In this document: in pieces, positions 26,648 through 35,376 of the stretch
Layout: each line of letters opens with the position of its first letter
Numbering within the stretch: position 1 is the first letter of the stretch
The notes under the pieces: model-generated
What the model was told of the DNA's origin: nothing
Seen by the model: the letters and a program-made list of their open reading frames with translations, nothing else
The model's database searches: none
Position numbers and translations under genes: made by a program
Origin: Kiritimatiellia bacterium
GTDB lineage: Bacteria > Verrucomicrobiota > Kiritimatiellia > RFP12 > UBA1067
Assembly: GCA_045627925.1 (NCBI GenBank)
Contig: JAZQOS010000005.1
Location: 2,900 to 66,899, forward strand
Length of the DNA stretch: 64,000 nucleotides
Reading direction: 5' to 3'

Positions 26648-29600
26648 ACTTTTGCGCTATACACTCGCGATTTTCGCTGCCCTCGCCGTTTTCGCGGCGA
26701 AGGCGGATTCGGTCGAGTTTCAGGGCGTGACGCTTGAATACTCCGGCGCGGAGGTTCTTTGGCCGACTGGCGGCGACATTGTTTTCGTCTATACCAATTC
26801 GGTCGGCAACTTGATTTTGCCCGGCTCGGCGGTTGGCCGCATTCTCGCGGTTGGCGGCGGTGGCGCGGGTTCGGCGACGAGTGATGATGAGCGCAAGGCG
26901 CAAAATATCGGCGGCGGCGGCGGCGCGGGCGGTAAATTCGTCGCCAAAGACGGATTTGCGTTTAATGGCGGAACTTATAGCGTTGTGCTTGGCGCGGGTG
27001 GAACGGACGCCGGCGCGGCGGGTGGCGAATCATCGGTTAAGCTCGGGGATACGGAAATTTGCGTTGCCGCGGGCGGCGAAGGCGGCAATGTGTTTGGTAA
27101 CGGCGGCGATGGTGGACTTTCGGGTACGGGCAGTCAGCCGCGGTCTCAGGATATCCTTGTTTTCGGCGGCGAGGGCGGACGTGGCGAGGCAAGCGACATC
27201 ACCGGCGAGGAACTTTACTACGCGGCGGGCGGCGGCGGCGCGGTGCTCGTCGGCAACAACCGCGGTTTGGGCGGTAGCGGAGTCGGCGGCAATGGTGCGT
27301 TTGGCGCGGGCGGTCAAATTCCGGCGACCGATGGTGTCAGAGGTTCGGGCGGCGGCGGCGGGTCAAGCGTCGATACGTACGGCAAGGGCGGCGATGGCGT
27401 CGTTATTATCCGCTTGAGCGCGGTCGCGAGCGAGCCGCTTGTTCGTCCGAGCAAGCTCCAGCCCAAGGACGGCTATTACTACAACGGCGAGAAGCAAAAC
27501 GCGATTAAACCCTCTACCGGCTACGCGATTTCAGGCGACATTGACAAGACTTTCGTCAGCTCCTTCCCCTACGTCACGACCGCGACGCTGAAGCCGGGCT
27601 TCAAGTGGACGGACGGCACGGACACGGAAGATACGGTTGAATGGACGATTAAGAAAGCGAAGAACCGAATCGACGATCTCGCGCTCAAGGGCTGGAAGAT
27701 CGACGAGAGCGCAAATGAGCCGACTTGCAAGCCGCTTTGGGGCGGAGCGTTCAAGGTCGTTTACACATATGCCGACGCCGTGGACGCGGAAAACTGGTCG
27801 CTTAAAGCACCCGAATCCGCGGGACTTTGGTATGTTAAGGCAACGCTCCTCGAAGACGACAACTGGGAAGGCGCCGAGGCAATCGCCGATTTCTATCTTT
27901 GGGACGATTCGACTACGACCGATTTCACCGACTTCGTGGAAATTACCCTCGACTACTCCGAGGAGCAGGTCGCGAACGCGGTCGTTACAATCGAGCTTTC
28001 CGAGAATTCCCCGGTCGGCTTCACCTATTCGCGCGCCAACGACGGATTTTTCTTCCTCGCTGATGGACAGATGCTCGACTACGAGATTGTCGCCTGGAAT
28101 CCGTTCGGTGTTTCGACGATAAAGGTGAAAGTTCCGCTGCTCGTCGATAAAACGAAGATTTCGATGTATTGGCACCCCGAAAGCGGCGTCGCGCCGCCAC
28201 AACGCACGATCGAAGGATCGGTGGTCGAAACCGAGAAGGAATTTTCGCTTGTTAGCAGGAACGGCAAGTTCGTCAACTATTTCACGAGTGCGCCGACGAT
28301 TTCGCCCGTCCAATGGGAGGCGATAGATCCGCCGGACGCGCTCACAATCGAGCCGGGCGAGCTCGCCGACGGCGCAGAGGTAACGCATTACTTCTACTAC
28401 GCGACTCGTCCTGACGTGCGTATCGAGACTTACGAGGAGTTGAAAGCGCAGGGTCTCGCCGGCATTTACCGCGCGGTCTTCGTACCCGTCGAGGCCGACA
28501 AGTACGAGGAAGTCAAGTACGAAATCGATCTTCGGGTCATCGGACACACGGAATATACGACGCTAGGGGAGCTCGCCGAAGGGCGTATTCTTCTCGCGAA
28601 CAACGATTGCCGCGAAGGGACGCGCGCGAATCCCGCCGTCAACTACCAGGGCTGGTACGACGCGGACAACGCGGGCGCGAAGAAACAAACCCCAATCTAT
28701 TGGCATCACGACAATCCCGACGAGGCGATTGCGCTTTATAACCTAAAGCCGTCGGCGAACTCGACTATGTGGGCAAAAACGGAAGACGGCGGACGCAGAC
28801 TTTGGGTACTCGAAAACTGCCGTCAGGGCAATACCTTCCCGCGCGATAACGACACGGCGCCGCTCGCCATCGACCAGAATTACCTCCCCTACGACGCGGA
28901 GAATTCGCTTCGAATCGGCGAACACTCGACGCGCGCCGTACGTCGGCGCGATGTCGGCCAAATCGTGATGCGCAATGTTTTGGGCGCGTCGATTACTTCG
29001 CCTTGCTACACCAACGGCGTCGGTACCGTCTATTTCGACGCGGTGAACGGTTGGACGACGCCTAAGTTTAACGGCGAGAGCGTCTACAAGTTCGTGGTCG
29101 AAATCGCCAAGGGCGACGTTACCGATGACTTCCTCGATTGGGAAGCGGTCGTGCCGCGGGTCATTAGGTTCTCGAACGGTTCCACGACCGAGCTTGAGCC
29201 GAGCGAAGAAATCGTCCTCGAGGAAACCCTCGGCGGCTCGATGGAGAACTTCTATCGCATCTTCCTGCCGCTCAATGAATACGGACCGGTGCGCTTCCGC
29301 GTTCGCCGTACGGCGGTGCATCCCGACTTTGACGATCCCGACGCTCGTGCGCTCATCCTCTTCGATAACTTCATCGTTTCCTATCCCGCGATGAGCGTTG
29401 ATTTGACGCCGGGCGACGGCTTCGATCCGGAGCGTCGCGATAAGGCGATTGTCGGGTTCGAGGGCGCGACCGAGCCGCGCTATCCTTCGGCAACCGACGA
29501 AATCTTCGCGAAGGCGACGCCGATTTACCATACCGCCGGCGGCGTCGAAGCGGACGAAAGGGCTTTTGTCTCGGCGGCGACGATCCACTACCGCTGGCGC

Positions 29601-32600
29601 TATCTCGGCCAGTCGATCGGCGAGTGGAAGAAGGCCTATCTCGACCCGATGAACGGCTTTAAGTCGCTGACTGCGCTCGAATTGCCCGGCGACGTCGGCG
29701 ATGTCGAGTTCTACTACGACGCCGACATTCAAGCGCCGTACTACGGCTACGTCGACTACACCGGTCTTGATCGCGGCGTTCCCAACTACACCGAGGAGGT
29801 GAGCGCTCTCACCAATCGCGCCGAGGTCGCCGAGAACGTCTATCCGACGATGGGTACGGATTGGTTCGTGCGTCTACGGTACGGCAAGAGTTCCTATCGT
29901 GAAGTGAAGGTCTTGACCAAGACCGCGGAAGACGCCGAGGTCGTGACGACGAATCTCATGGAAGTCGTGAGCGACGGAACTTGGCGCGGCGCGGTCGAAA
30001 CGCCGCAAGCGCTCAAGGACGGACTTTACTATCGCCTGGAGGGCGTTAACGACGTCGAATTCAAGTTCTGGCGCGGCGCTTCCGAAATCGACGATTTGCC
30101 GATGGAGACGGCGCTTGAAGAGTGCGCCGGCGACGATTGGGCCAAGGCGAAGTGCGACGCGGCGACCGGATATCTCGTCTTCCGGTTCGACGAAATTGCG
30201 TCGTCGCTTACCGTCGCGCGCGCGGACTTCCAGGACTTCAACACCTGGACGAGCGCCGTCGATACCGACGGGCTTTACGTCGGCAACTCGGTCGACACCA
30301 ACACGACGACTTACGTTACGAAGGAAACCGACGCCGATATCTTGAGTTGGCCGGAGAGCATCTCCACCAACGACCATTGGCGCGAGAGCTTCGACGCGCC
30401 GGGTCAGCCGTCCCACATCGTCTATCCGCGCGACGAGCCGTTTACCGACGCGGTGCGCACGCGCAAGGGCTGGACGGCGGAAAACGGACTTTGGACTTAC
30501 GGCAAGTGGTCGCTTCAATCCAATACGGGCATCGGTGACGACACCGCGCTGCAACTCGAGGGTCGGGGCAAGGGTCGCTTCTCGTTCATCGACGCGGTGG
30601 ATACGCCTGACGGGCTTGACGCGGTCGTCTTCAAGGCGCGCCCCGCCCAGTTCAACGAATTCGAGAACTTCAGCTACTATAACGACATCATCTTCATCAC
30701 CAAGCCGGGCGGCGGCACCGAGGCGGAATTCTCGACGATGATGACGAACTACAACTTCGTCGCGATGGGCGCGCTTACCGAAAACGGCGCGGCCTCCTAC
30801 GATGGCGATGGTTCGCTTTCGATGGTCGGCTACTACGATCCGCAGAACGGCGCCTACGAATTCAGGGTGTCGCGCGGCAAGACCGATACCGACGGCAGAA
30901 TGGCGCTCTATCGTTGGCGCAACGACGGCTACAGCATGGTTTGCGAGCTACTCGGGTCGTACGACTTCGCCAATGTAGCGTCGCGGCTGGTGCGTGACGG
31001 CAAGTCGCAACTCGCCGGGCTTTTCCTCTCGATTGAGGAATATCGCGACGAGCAGGGCCATTTGGGAACGCTCATTAACGCCGGCGTCGCGGACGCGGAC
31101 ATTTCGATGTCCAGCACCATCAACGCCTTGAGCGGCCAGAAATACAACTCGGTCGTTTATTTCGATACGAGCGACAAGCGGCTTAAGCGCGGAACCTTCG
31201 GAACGCTAATGCGCAACTCGCCGGCAGTGCTCGTAAAGCCGACCTACTACGATCAGGGTTCCGGATTCTTCGGCGGCAATGTCAAGGCGGACGAGTTCAA
31301 CCACTACAGCGTTGGTCAGACCACGGCGCGAAATTTCTCCGGTATTTACAATCACGACGGCATCTCTGACTACTCGAATTGGGTGGTGAAGCCGGGTAGA
31401 ATCGAAGCACTCGCCGACCATCCATCTTGCCATGGCTTTCAGGCGATTCGCGACATTTCGCAAAAGATTGCGGTGCAGATTTCTCGGCACGGCGCCTCCG
31501 ATTGGCAGACGGTTGCGACCAATACGGTAAGCGGATACACCTATCAGTCGTTCACTAACTTCGTCCGGAGGGCGGAGACATGCGATGTTAGGTTGCAGAC
31601 GGTTAACGAGGGCGGTCCCCGAATCGACATCGCGGTGGACGATATCGAGCTTACGCAATGGGCGGGAATGTGGACGGATGGATACGATTTAATCGAGAGT
31701 CGCGGACTACCCGACGAGTTCGTCTACACCGCGTCGTGGATCAAGCGCGTGTACGACGACCAGTCGCTCCTCTTGCAGCCCGCGCGCGCCAAGAGCGACG
31801 CCGAGCCGGTCTCGCTCCGCTCGCCGATTATGAACGGATTTGGCGTCTTCCATTTCCGTTGGCGCAACGCCGACCCCAATGCAAAACTCTTGTTGCAGAT
31901 TGACCGCTCGGCGACCTCCAACAACCTAATCGCGCGTACCGAGGCCGCCGCCGATAACGCCAACTGGGAGACGATAGAAACCTTTGACTTCGCCAATATG
32001 GCGATGAGCGGCTCGACTAACTGCTATCCCAATCTGCGCTATCCGATTAAGGGCGCGATGCGCCTTATCGTCGATCGCGAAATCGAGAAGGCGGCGATTG
32101 ACGCTGCGCGCACCGATCCCGACTTCGGATCGGTGGAAATCGTCGAGGCGTTCGTGCAGGACCTGCCGGAATACGATTCGCACAGCTGGAGCGGTTGGAA
32201 CTTCCGTACCGCCGGTTGGACCGACGGCTTGCGCGGAGACGAATTCGCGAACTTAGTCGACGCGACGCGCGGACTTTCGGGGCTTTTGAACAACACCTTG
32301 AACATCGGCACGCTCTACGACAAGAAGGTCGAATACTACAGCGAGCACGCGCCGTCGGTGGTCTCGCCGACCTTTACGACGAATTGCATCGGCGCGTTGG
32401 AATTCCGGGCGCGACTATACAACATCAAGGACGTCGAAGCTTACGGGCATCCCGCGGCGGTAACGGTATTCGGCGCGACCGAAATCGACGATAAGGGCGA
32501 GCCGCTCGTCTGGAAGGAAATCGGCGACGTCATCGTCGACAAGGCGTTTTACGCGCCCTATTCGCTTAAATTCCCGGCGAATAGCAAGTACTACGCGATT

Positions 32601-34919
32601 CGACTCGGCGTAAAGGGCGTCGAGGGCGTGAGACAAGGCGGCGAGCCGGTCTACAATCCGCCGCTGAGGGTCGCGCTCGACGATATCTGCATTTGGGAAA
32701 AACCGCAACTCTCCATCGCCTTCAGTGCCTTGCGGACGCGGCCTTTCCGGAACGCGGAGGCGATTGCGAATACGCTTAAAGTCGAAGACATCGACTCGTT
32801 TAACGAGCAGCCGATTATCGGCGAATCGTTTGGTTTCCAGACCGAGATTGTGCTCAAGCGCAGCGAGGACATCCTTTTGGACGACCCCAAGCATCCGATT
32901 AAAGTCCAGCTTTGGTGCTATCCCGCCGTCGAGCCGTGGGGATTTGAGAACTGGAAGGATCGGGTGCGTCCGGTCGAACTCGTTGTCGCCGATGGCGAGA
33001 AGCTCGTTTTCCGTTCGACGATGGCGAACACCGATACCATGTGCAGCCCGCAGTTCCTCGGCAAGGACGAGACCCATCGGTTCGTCCAGTACCACCTTAC
33101 CGCGACTTACTACGACAAGAGCTTCGATCTCTACACCCACGAGCTTTCCGCGTCCGATTGGGCGACGCCTTCCTGGTACGCCGGCATCGCCGACCCGAAC
33201 GCGAAGTCGGCTTCGGCCTTCTCCGCCTACACGATTCTCGAAACGGTCGCGCCCAAGCGCGCGTGGATCAACGAGGTCAATTTAGCCGAAGCGGATCGGG
33301 ATGCGTCGAAAGTCGACCAGTGGGTTGAAATCGCCGTACCGAGCGGAGTGGACATGACGGGCTGGAAGCTTAAGCTCTACGACTACGACGGCAACAGCCT
33401 CGGGAACTTGATGACTTTCGGACGGAACGGCGCACCAGCTTCGAAGCAAAGCGCGGGTAGCACCAATCACTACGATTTTTACGTCGTCAAGAACCCGAGT
33501 TCGACGCTGCTCGCCGACGCGACTTGGGCGAATTTCACACAAGGCATGGTCGAAAAGGGAGTTTTGAGCCATACCTATCCCTACGGCTTCGAATTGGTCA
33601 GGCCTTCGGGCGTCGTCGAGCACCAGGTGGTGATTCAGGGTTACAACCAGTTCAAAGCGCTCGGATGGGCTAGCGCCTATCGTTACGAAGGAACCAATCT
33701 CGTCGCCGTGCTTTCGCGCGAGCGTGGCGGCGATTGGGTTTGGGGCGAAGAGGATATGCATCTCGAGCCGGGCTGCACGGTCGGCGTAACCGCCAATCAG
33801 GGCGGCAAGCACGAAGAGTGGTTCTCGCCGATGGGCCGGACGCCGGGCGAGATCAACGACAACCAATACATCAACCCGAACTGGTTCGTGACTCCGAACG
33901 GCGGATACTTCTGGGTCTACGCTTCCACAATCGGCGAGCATATTCGCCAAATCATCGGCGGCGAGACGAATACGGTCGCGACGCTTACCATCAAGAGCGG
34001 AGATACAACCAACATCGTCTACGAAGTCGATCGCTGGTACGAACTCGGCGAAGTTTCGGTAACGCCCGATCCTTACCTGCCGAGTGCGCCGGAGACGCGC
34101 GAGGGTAAGCGCTACTATACGCTGGAGCTTAAGGGCGTCACCAACCGGCTCGACGTCGTCGCGCACGATGCGATCGACGCCAAGATCGCCGAAGCGCTCC
34201 ATCTCGACAAGGGCAATCGCTATCGGGACGCGGTTATGAAGTGGCTCGAGGACAATAACGAGAACTTCGTTGGCGACGAGATCATCCCCGGCGAATATCG
34301 CGGAACGAAGGGCGTCTTGCATTGGCCGATCGATCTTACGGGAATGTATTGGCTCGACCTCGATCCGACGCGCGGCGGTTGGGAACTTTGGGGCGGCATG
34401 GGCGAAAAGGACGGGACGCAGGCGCTCGGGCCAGTGAACGAACCGATTATCCGCACGAAGATCGTCGACGGAGTCCTTCAGTGGACGCACACCAATCGCC
34501 TTACCACGGTGTGGATGATGATTACCAACAAGAACGACGAGGCTTTCGCCGCCTATCCGCCGTATCGTTTGCAAGGTCTCGGCAACGAGCGCTCCGACGA
34601 GTACGCCGGAGCATGGACCTCCGTTACCTTCAAGGTAATGATGCGGCTTTTGGGCGGTGGCGAGGAAGGAAAGCTCCGGCCGATGCGCCAGTTCGTCTTT
34701 GGACCTGATTCGTTCCGGCCGGCCGACGATCCGGTTGCGCCGTTCAGCGCTCGAATCGAAGTAACCGATCCGTTTTCGTGGGAGTCGCCGGCGTGGGAGT
34801 GGGGATGGTGGAAGTATTCCCATTTGAACCCGGTGACCAGTTGGAAAATCAGCACGGACATCAATCCCGCTGGTGTAACCACGCTGAAAAAGGACGACGT
34901 CTTCGGACCAGTTGAATGA
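26607..34919 (+). CDS. 2770-aa secreted giant protein with an N-terminal glycine-rich domain and a lamin-tail-like (LTD) domain
   Basis: Uninterrupted ORF. Signal peptide ..NKLLRYTLAIFAALAVFAAKA. The ATG at 26607 overlaps the upstream gene by 41 nt; a TTG at 26640 is an alternative start. Gly-rich block at 26840-27420 ends in GKGGDGVVIIRLS. LTD-like AWINEVNLAEADRDASKVDQWVEIAVPSGVDMTGWKLKLYD at about 33255-33500. Confidence 0.85.
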   Translation: MATTSSDWNCVLNKLLRYTLAIFAALAVFAAKADSVEFQGVTLEYSGAEVLWPTGGDIVFVYTNSVGNLILPGSAVGRILAVGGGGAGSATSDDERKAQNIGGGGGAGGKFVAKDGFAFNGGTYSVVLGAGGTDAGAAGGESSVKLGDTEICVAAGGEGGNVFGNGGDGGLSGTGSQPRSQDILVFGGEGGRGEASDITGEELYYAAGGGGAVLVGNNRGLGGSGVGGNGAFGAGGQIPATDGVRGSGGGGGSSVDTYGKGGDGVVIIRLSAVASEPLVRPSKLQPKDGYYYNGEKQNAIKPSTGYAISGDIDKTFVSSFPYVTTATLKPGFKWTDGTDTEDTVEWTIKKAKNRIDDLALKGWKIDESANEPTCKPLWGGAFKVVYTYADAVDAENWSLKAPESAGLWYVKATLLEDDNWEGAEAIADFYLWDDSTTTDFTDFVEITLDYSEEQVANAVVTIELSENSPVGFTYSRANDGFFFLADGQMLDYEIVAWNPFGVSTIKVKVPLLVDKTKISMYWHPESGVAPPQRTIEGSVVETEKEFSLVSRNGKFVNYFTSAPTISPVQWEAIDPPDALTIEPGELADGAEVTHYFYYATRPDVRIETYEELKAQGLAGIYRAVFVPVEADKYEEVKYEIDLRVIGHTEYTTLGELAEGRILLANNDCREGTRANPAVNYQGWYDADNAGAKKQTPIYWHHDNPDEAIALYNLKPSANSTMWAKTEDGGRRLWVLENCRQGNTFPRDNDTAPLAIDQNYLPYDAENSLRIGEHSTRAVRRRDVGQIVMRNVLGASITSPCYTNGVGTVYFDAVNGWTTPKFNGESVYKFVVEIAKGDVTDDFLDWEAVVPRVIRFSNGSTTELEPSEEIVLEETLGGSMENFYRIFLPLNEYGPVRFRVRRTAVHPDFDDPDARALILFDNFIVSYPAMSVDLTPGDGFDPERRDKAIVGFEGATEPRYPSATDEIFAKATPIYHTAGGVEADERAFVSAATIHYRWRYLGQSIGEWKKAYLDPMNGFKSLTALELPGDVGDVEFYYDADIQAPYYGYVDYTGLDRGVPNYTEEVSALTNRAEVAENVYPTMGTDWFVRLRYGKSSYREVKVLTKTAEDAEVVTTNLMEVVSDGTWRGAVETPQALKDGLYYRLEGVNDVEFKFWRGASEIDDLPMETALEECAGDDWAKAKCDAATGYLVFRFDEIASSLTVARADFQDFNTWTSAVDTDGLYVGNSVDTNTTTYVTKETDADILSWPESISTNDHWRESFDAPGQPSHIVYPRDEPFTDAVRTRKGWTAENGLWTYGKWSLQSNTGIGDDTALQLEGRGKGRFSFIDAVDTPDGLDAVVFKARPAQFNEFENFSYYNDIIFITKPGGGTEAEFSTMMTNYNFVAMGALTENGAASYDGDGSLSMVGYYDPQNGAYEFRVSRGKTDTDGRMALYRWRNDGYSMVCELLGSYDFANVASRLVRDGKSQLAGLFLSIEEYRDEQGHLGTLINAGVADADISMSSTINALSGQKYNSVVYFDTSDKRLKRGTFGTLMRNSPAVLVKPTYYDQGSGFFGGNVKADEFNHYSVGQTTARNFSGIYNHDGISDYSNWVVKPGRIEALADHPSCHGFQAIRDISQKIAVQISRHGASDWQTVATNTVSGYTYQSFTNFVRRAETCDVRLQTVNEGGPRIDIAVDDIELTQWAGMWTDGYDLIESRGLPDEFVYTASWIKRVYDDQSLLLQPARAKSDAEPVSLRSPIMNGFGVFHFRWRNADPNAKLLLQIDRSATSNNLIARTEAAADNANWETIETFDFANMAMSGSTNCYPNLRYPIKGAMRLIVDREIEKAAIDAARTDPDFGSVEIVEAFVQDLPEYDSHSWSGWNFRTAGWTDGLRGDEFANLVDATRGLSGLLNNTLNIGTLYDKKVEYYSEHAPSVVSPTFTTNCIGALEFRARLYNIKDVEAYGHPAAVTVFGATEIDDKGEPLVWKEIGDVIVDKAFYAPYSLKFPANSKYYAIRLGVKGVEGVRQGGEPVYNPPLRVALDDICIWEKPQLSIAFSALRTRPFRNAEAIANTLKVEDIDSFNEQPIIGESFGFQTEIVLKRSEDILLDDPKHPIKVQLWCYPAVEPWGFENWKDRVRPVELVVADGEKLVFRSTMANTDTMCSPQFLGKDETHRFVQYHLTATYYDKSFDLYTHELSASDWATPSWYAGIADPNAKSASAFSAYTILETVAPKRAWINEVNLAEADRDASKVDQWVEIAVPSGVDMTGWKLKLYDYDGNSLGNLMTFGRNGAPASKQSAGSTNHYDFYVVKNPSSTLLADATWANFTQGMVEKGVLSHTYPYGFELVRPSGVVEHQVVIQGYNQFKALGWASAYRYEGTNLVAVLSRERGGDWVWGEEDMHLEPGCTVGVTANQGGKHEEWFSPMGRTPGEINDNQYINPNWFVTPNGGYFWVYASTIGEHIRQIIGGETNTVATLTIKSGDTTNIVYEVDRWYELGEVSVTPDPYLPSAPETREGKRYYTLELKGVTNRLDVVAHDAIDAKIAEALHLDKGNRYRDAVMKWLEDNNENFVGDEIIPGEYRGTKGVLHWPIDLTGMYWLDLDPTRGGWELWGGMGEKDGTQALGPVNEPIIRTKIVDGVLQWTHTNRLTTVWMMITNKNDEAFAAYPPYRLQGLGNERSDEYAGAWTSVTFKVMMRLLGGGEEGKLRPMRQFVFGPDSFRPADDPVAPFSARIEVTDPFSWESPAWEWGWWKYSHLNPVTSWKISTDINPAGVTTLKKDDVFGPVE

Positions 34920-34927
34920 ACGGAGTA

Positions 34928-34956
34928 TTGAAAAAGCCAATATAAAGTGATAAAAT
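34928..34956 (+). promoter_or_regulatory. candidate promoter (TTGAAA - 17 nt - TGaTAAAAT) in the 35-nt gap before the lipoprotein and giant-gene pair
   Basis: TTGAAA at 34928-34933, TG at 34948-34949, TAAAAT at 34951-34956. The -10 overlaps the first ATG (34955). If this promoter is used, translation would start at the second ATG (34964) on a leaderless mRNA. Confidence 0.45.
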
Positions 34957-35365
34957 GTCAGTAATGATCTTGAAGAGGTTTTGGGAAACCGCTCGCACGG
35001 CGTCGGTCGTCGTGTTGGGTGTGCTTTTGTTTGTCGCCGGATGCGGCGAGGGCGAGAAGGAAGAGGTTACGATCGATTACTCCGACCCCGCGGTGCGCGG
35101 AGCCGATCCGGAATATCAGGCGCTCCTCGAAAAGCGCAACGAGGTACAGAAGGCGATTGCCGTGAAGCGTGCGCCGCTCGTGGCGAGGATGGCGGAGATA
35201 GCCAAGGAGAACGGCAACGACGAGGCGAAGCTGAAAACCCTAGCGGAATGGAACGATTTACGCGATAAAGTGATGAAATTGAACGAAGAATACGAGGCCG
35301 CCCGCAAGGAGACGATGGCCTTGATTCGTCGCCAGATTATGACTAAAAAGACCATTTCAAAATGA
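34955..35365 (+). CDS. small coiled-coil lipoprotein (hypothetical; candidate chaperone for the downstream giant)
   Basis: 136 aa. Lipobox LLFVAGC. The rest is predicted helical, Lys/Glu-rich. The start may be 34964 (see the promoter above). The stop overlaps the upstream ATG of the giant ORF. Confidence 0.75.
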   Translation: MSVMILKRFWETARTASVVVLGVLLFVAGCGEGEKEEVTIDYSDPAVRGADPEYQALLEKRNEVQKAIAVKRAPLVARMAEIAKENGNDEAKLKTLAEWNDLRDKVMKLNEEYEAARKETMALIRRQIMTKKTISK

Positions 35366-35376
35366 GGAGCATTACT

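Noticed and set aside
26840-27420. Gly-rich coding stretch that could be taken for a DNA tandem repeat, a collagen-like sequence or a PE_PGRS-like sequence
   Set aside because: It has no Gly-X-Y periodicity and no exact nucleotide repeats. The pattern (blocks of GGxGxG separated by short beta-like segments, ending in VVIIRLS) fits a globular glycine-rich domain rather than simple repeats.
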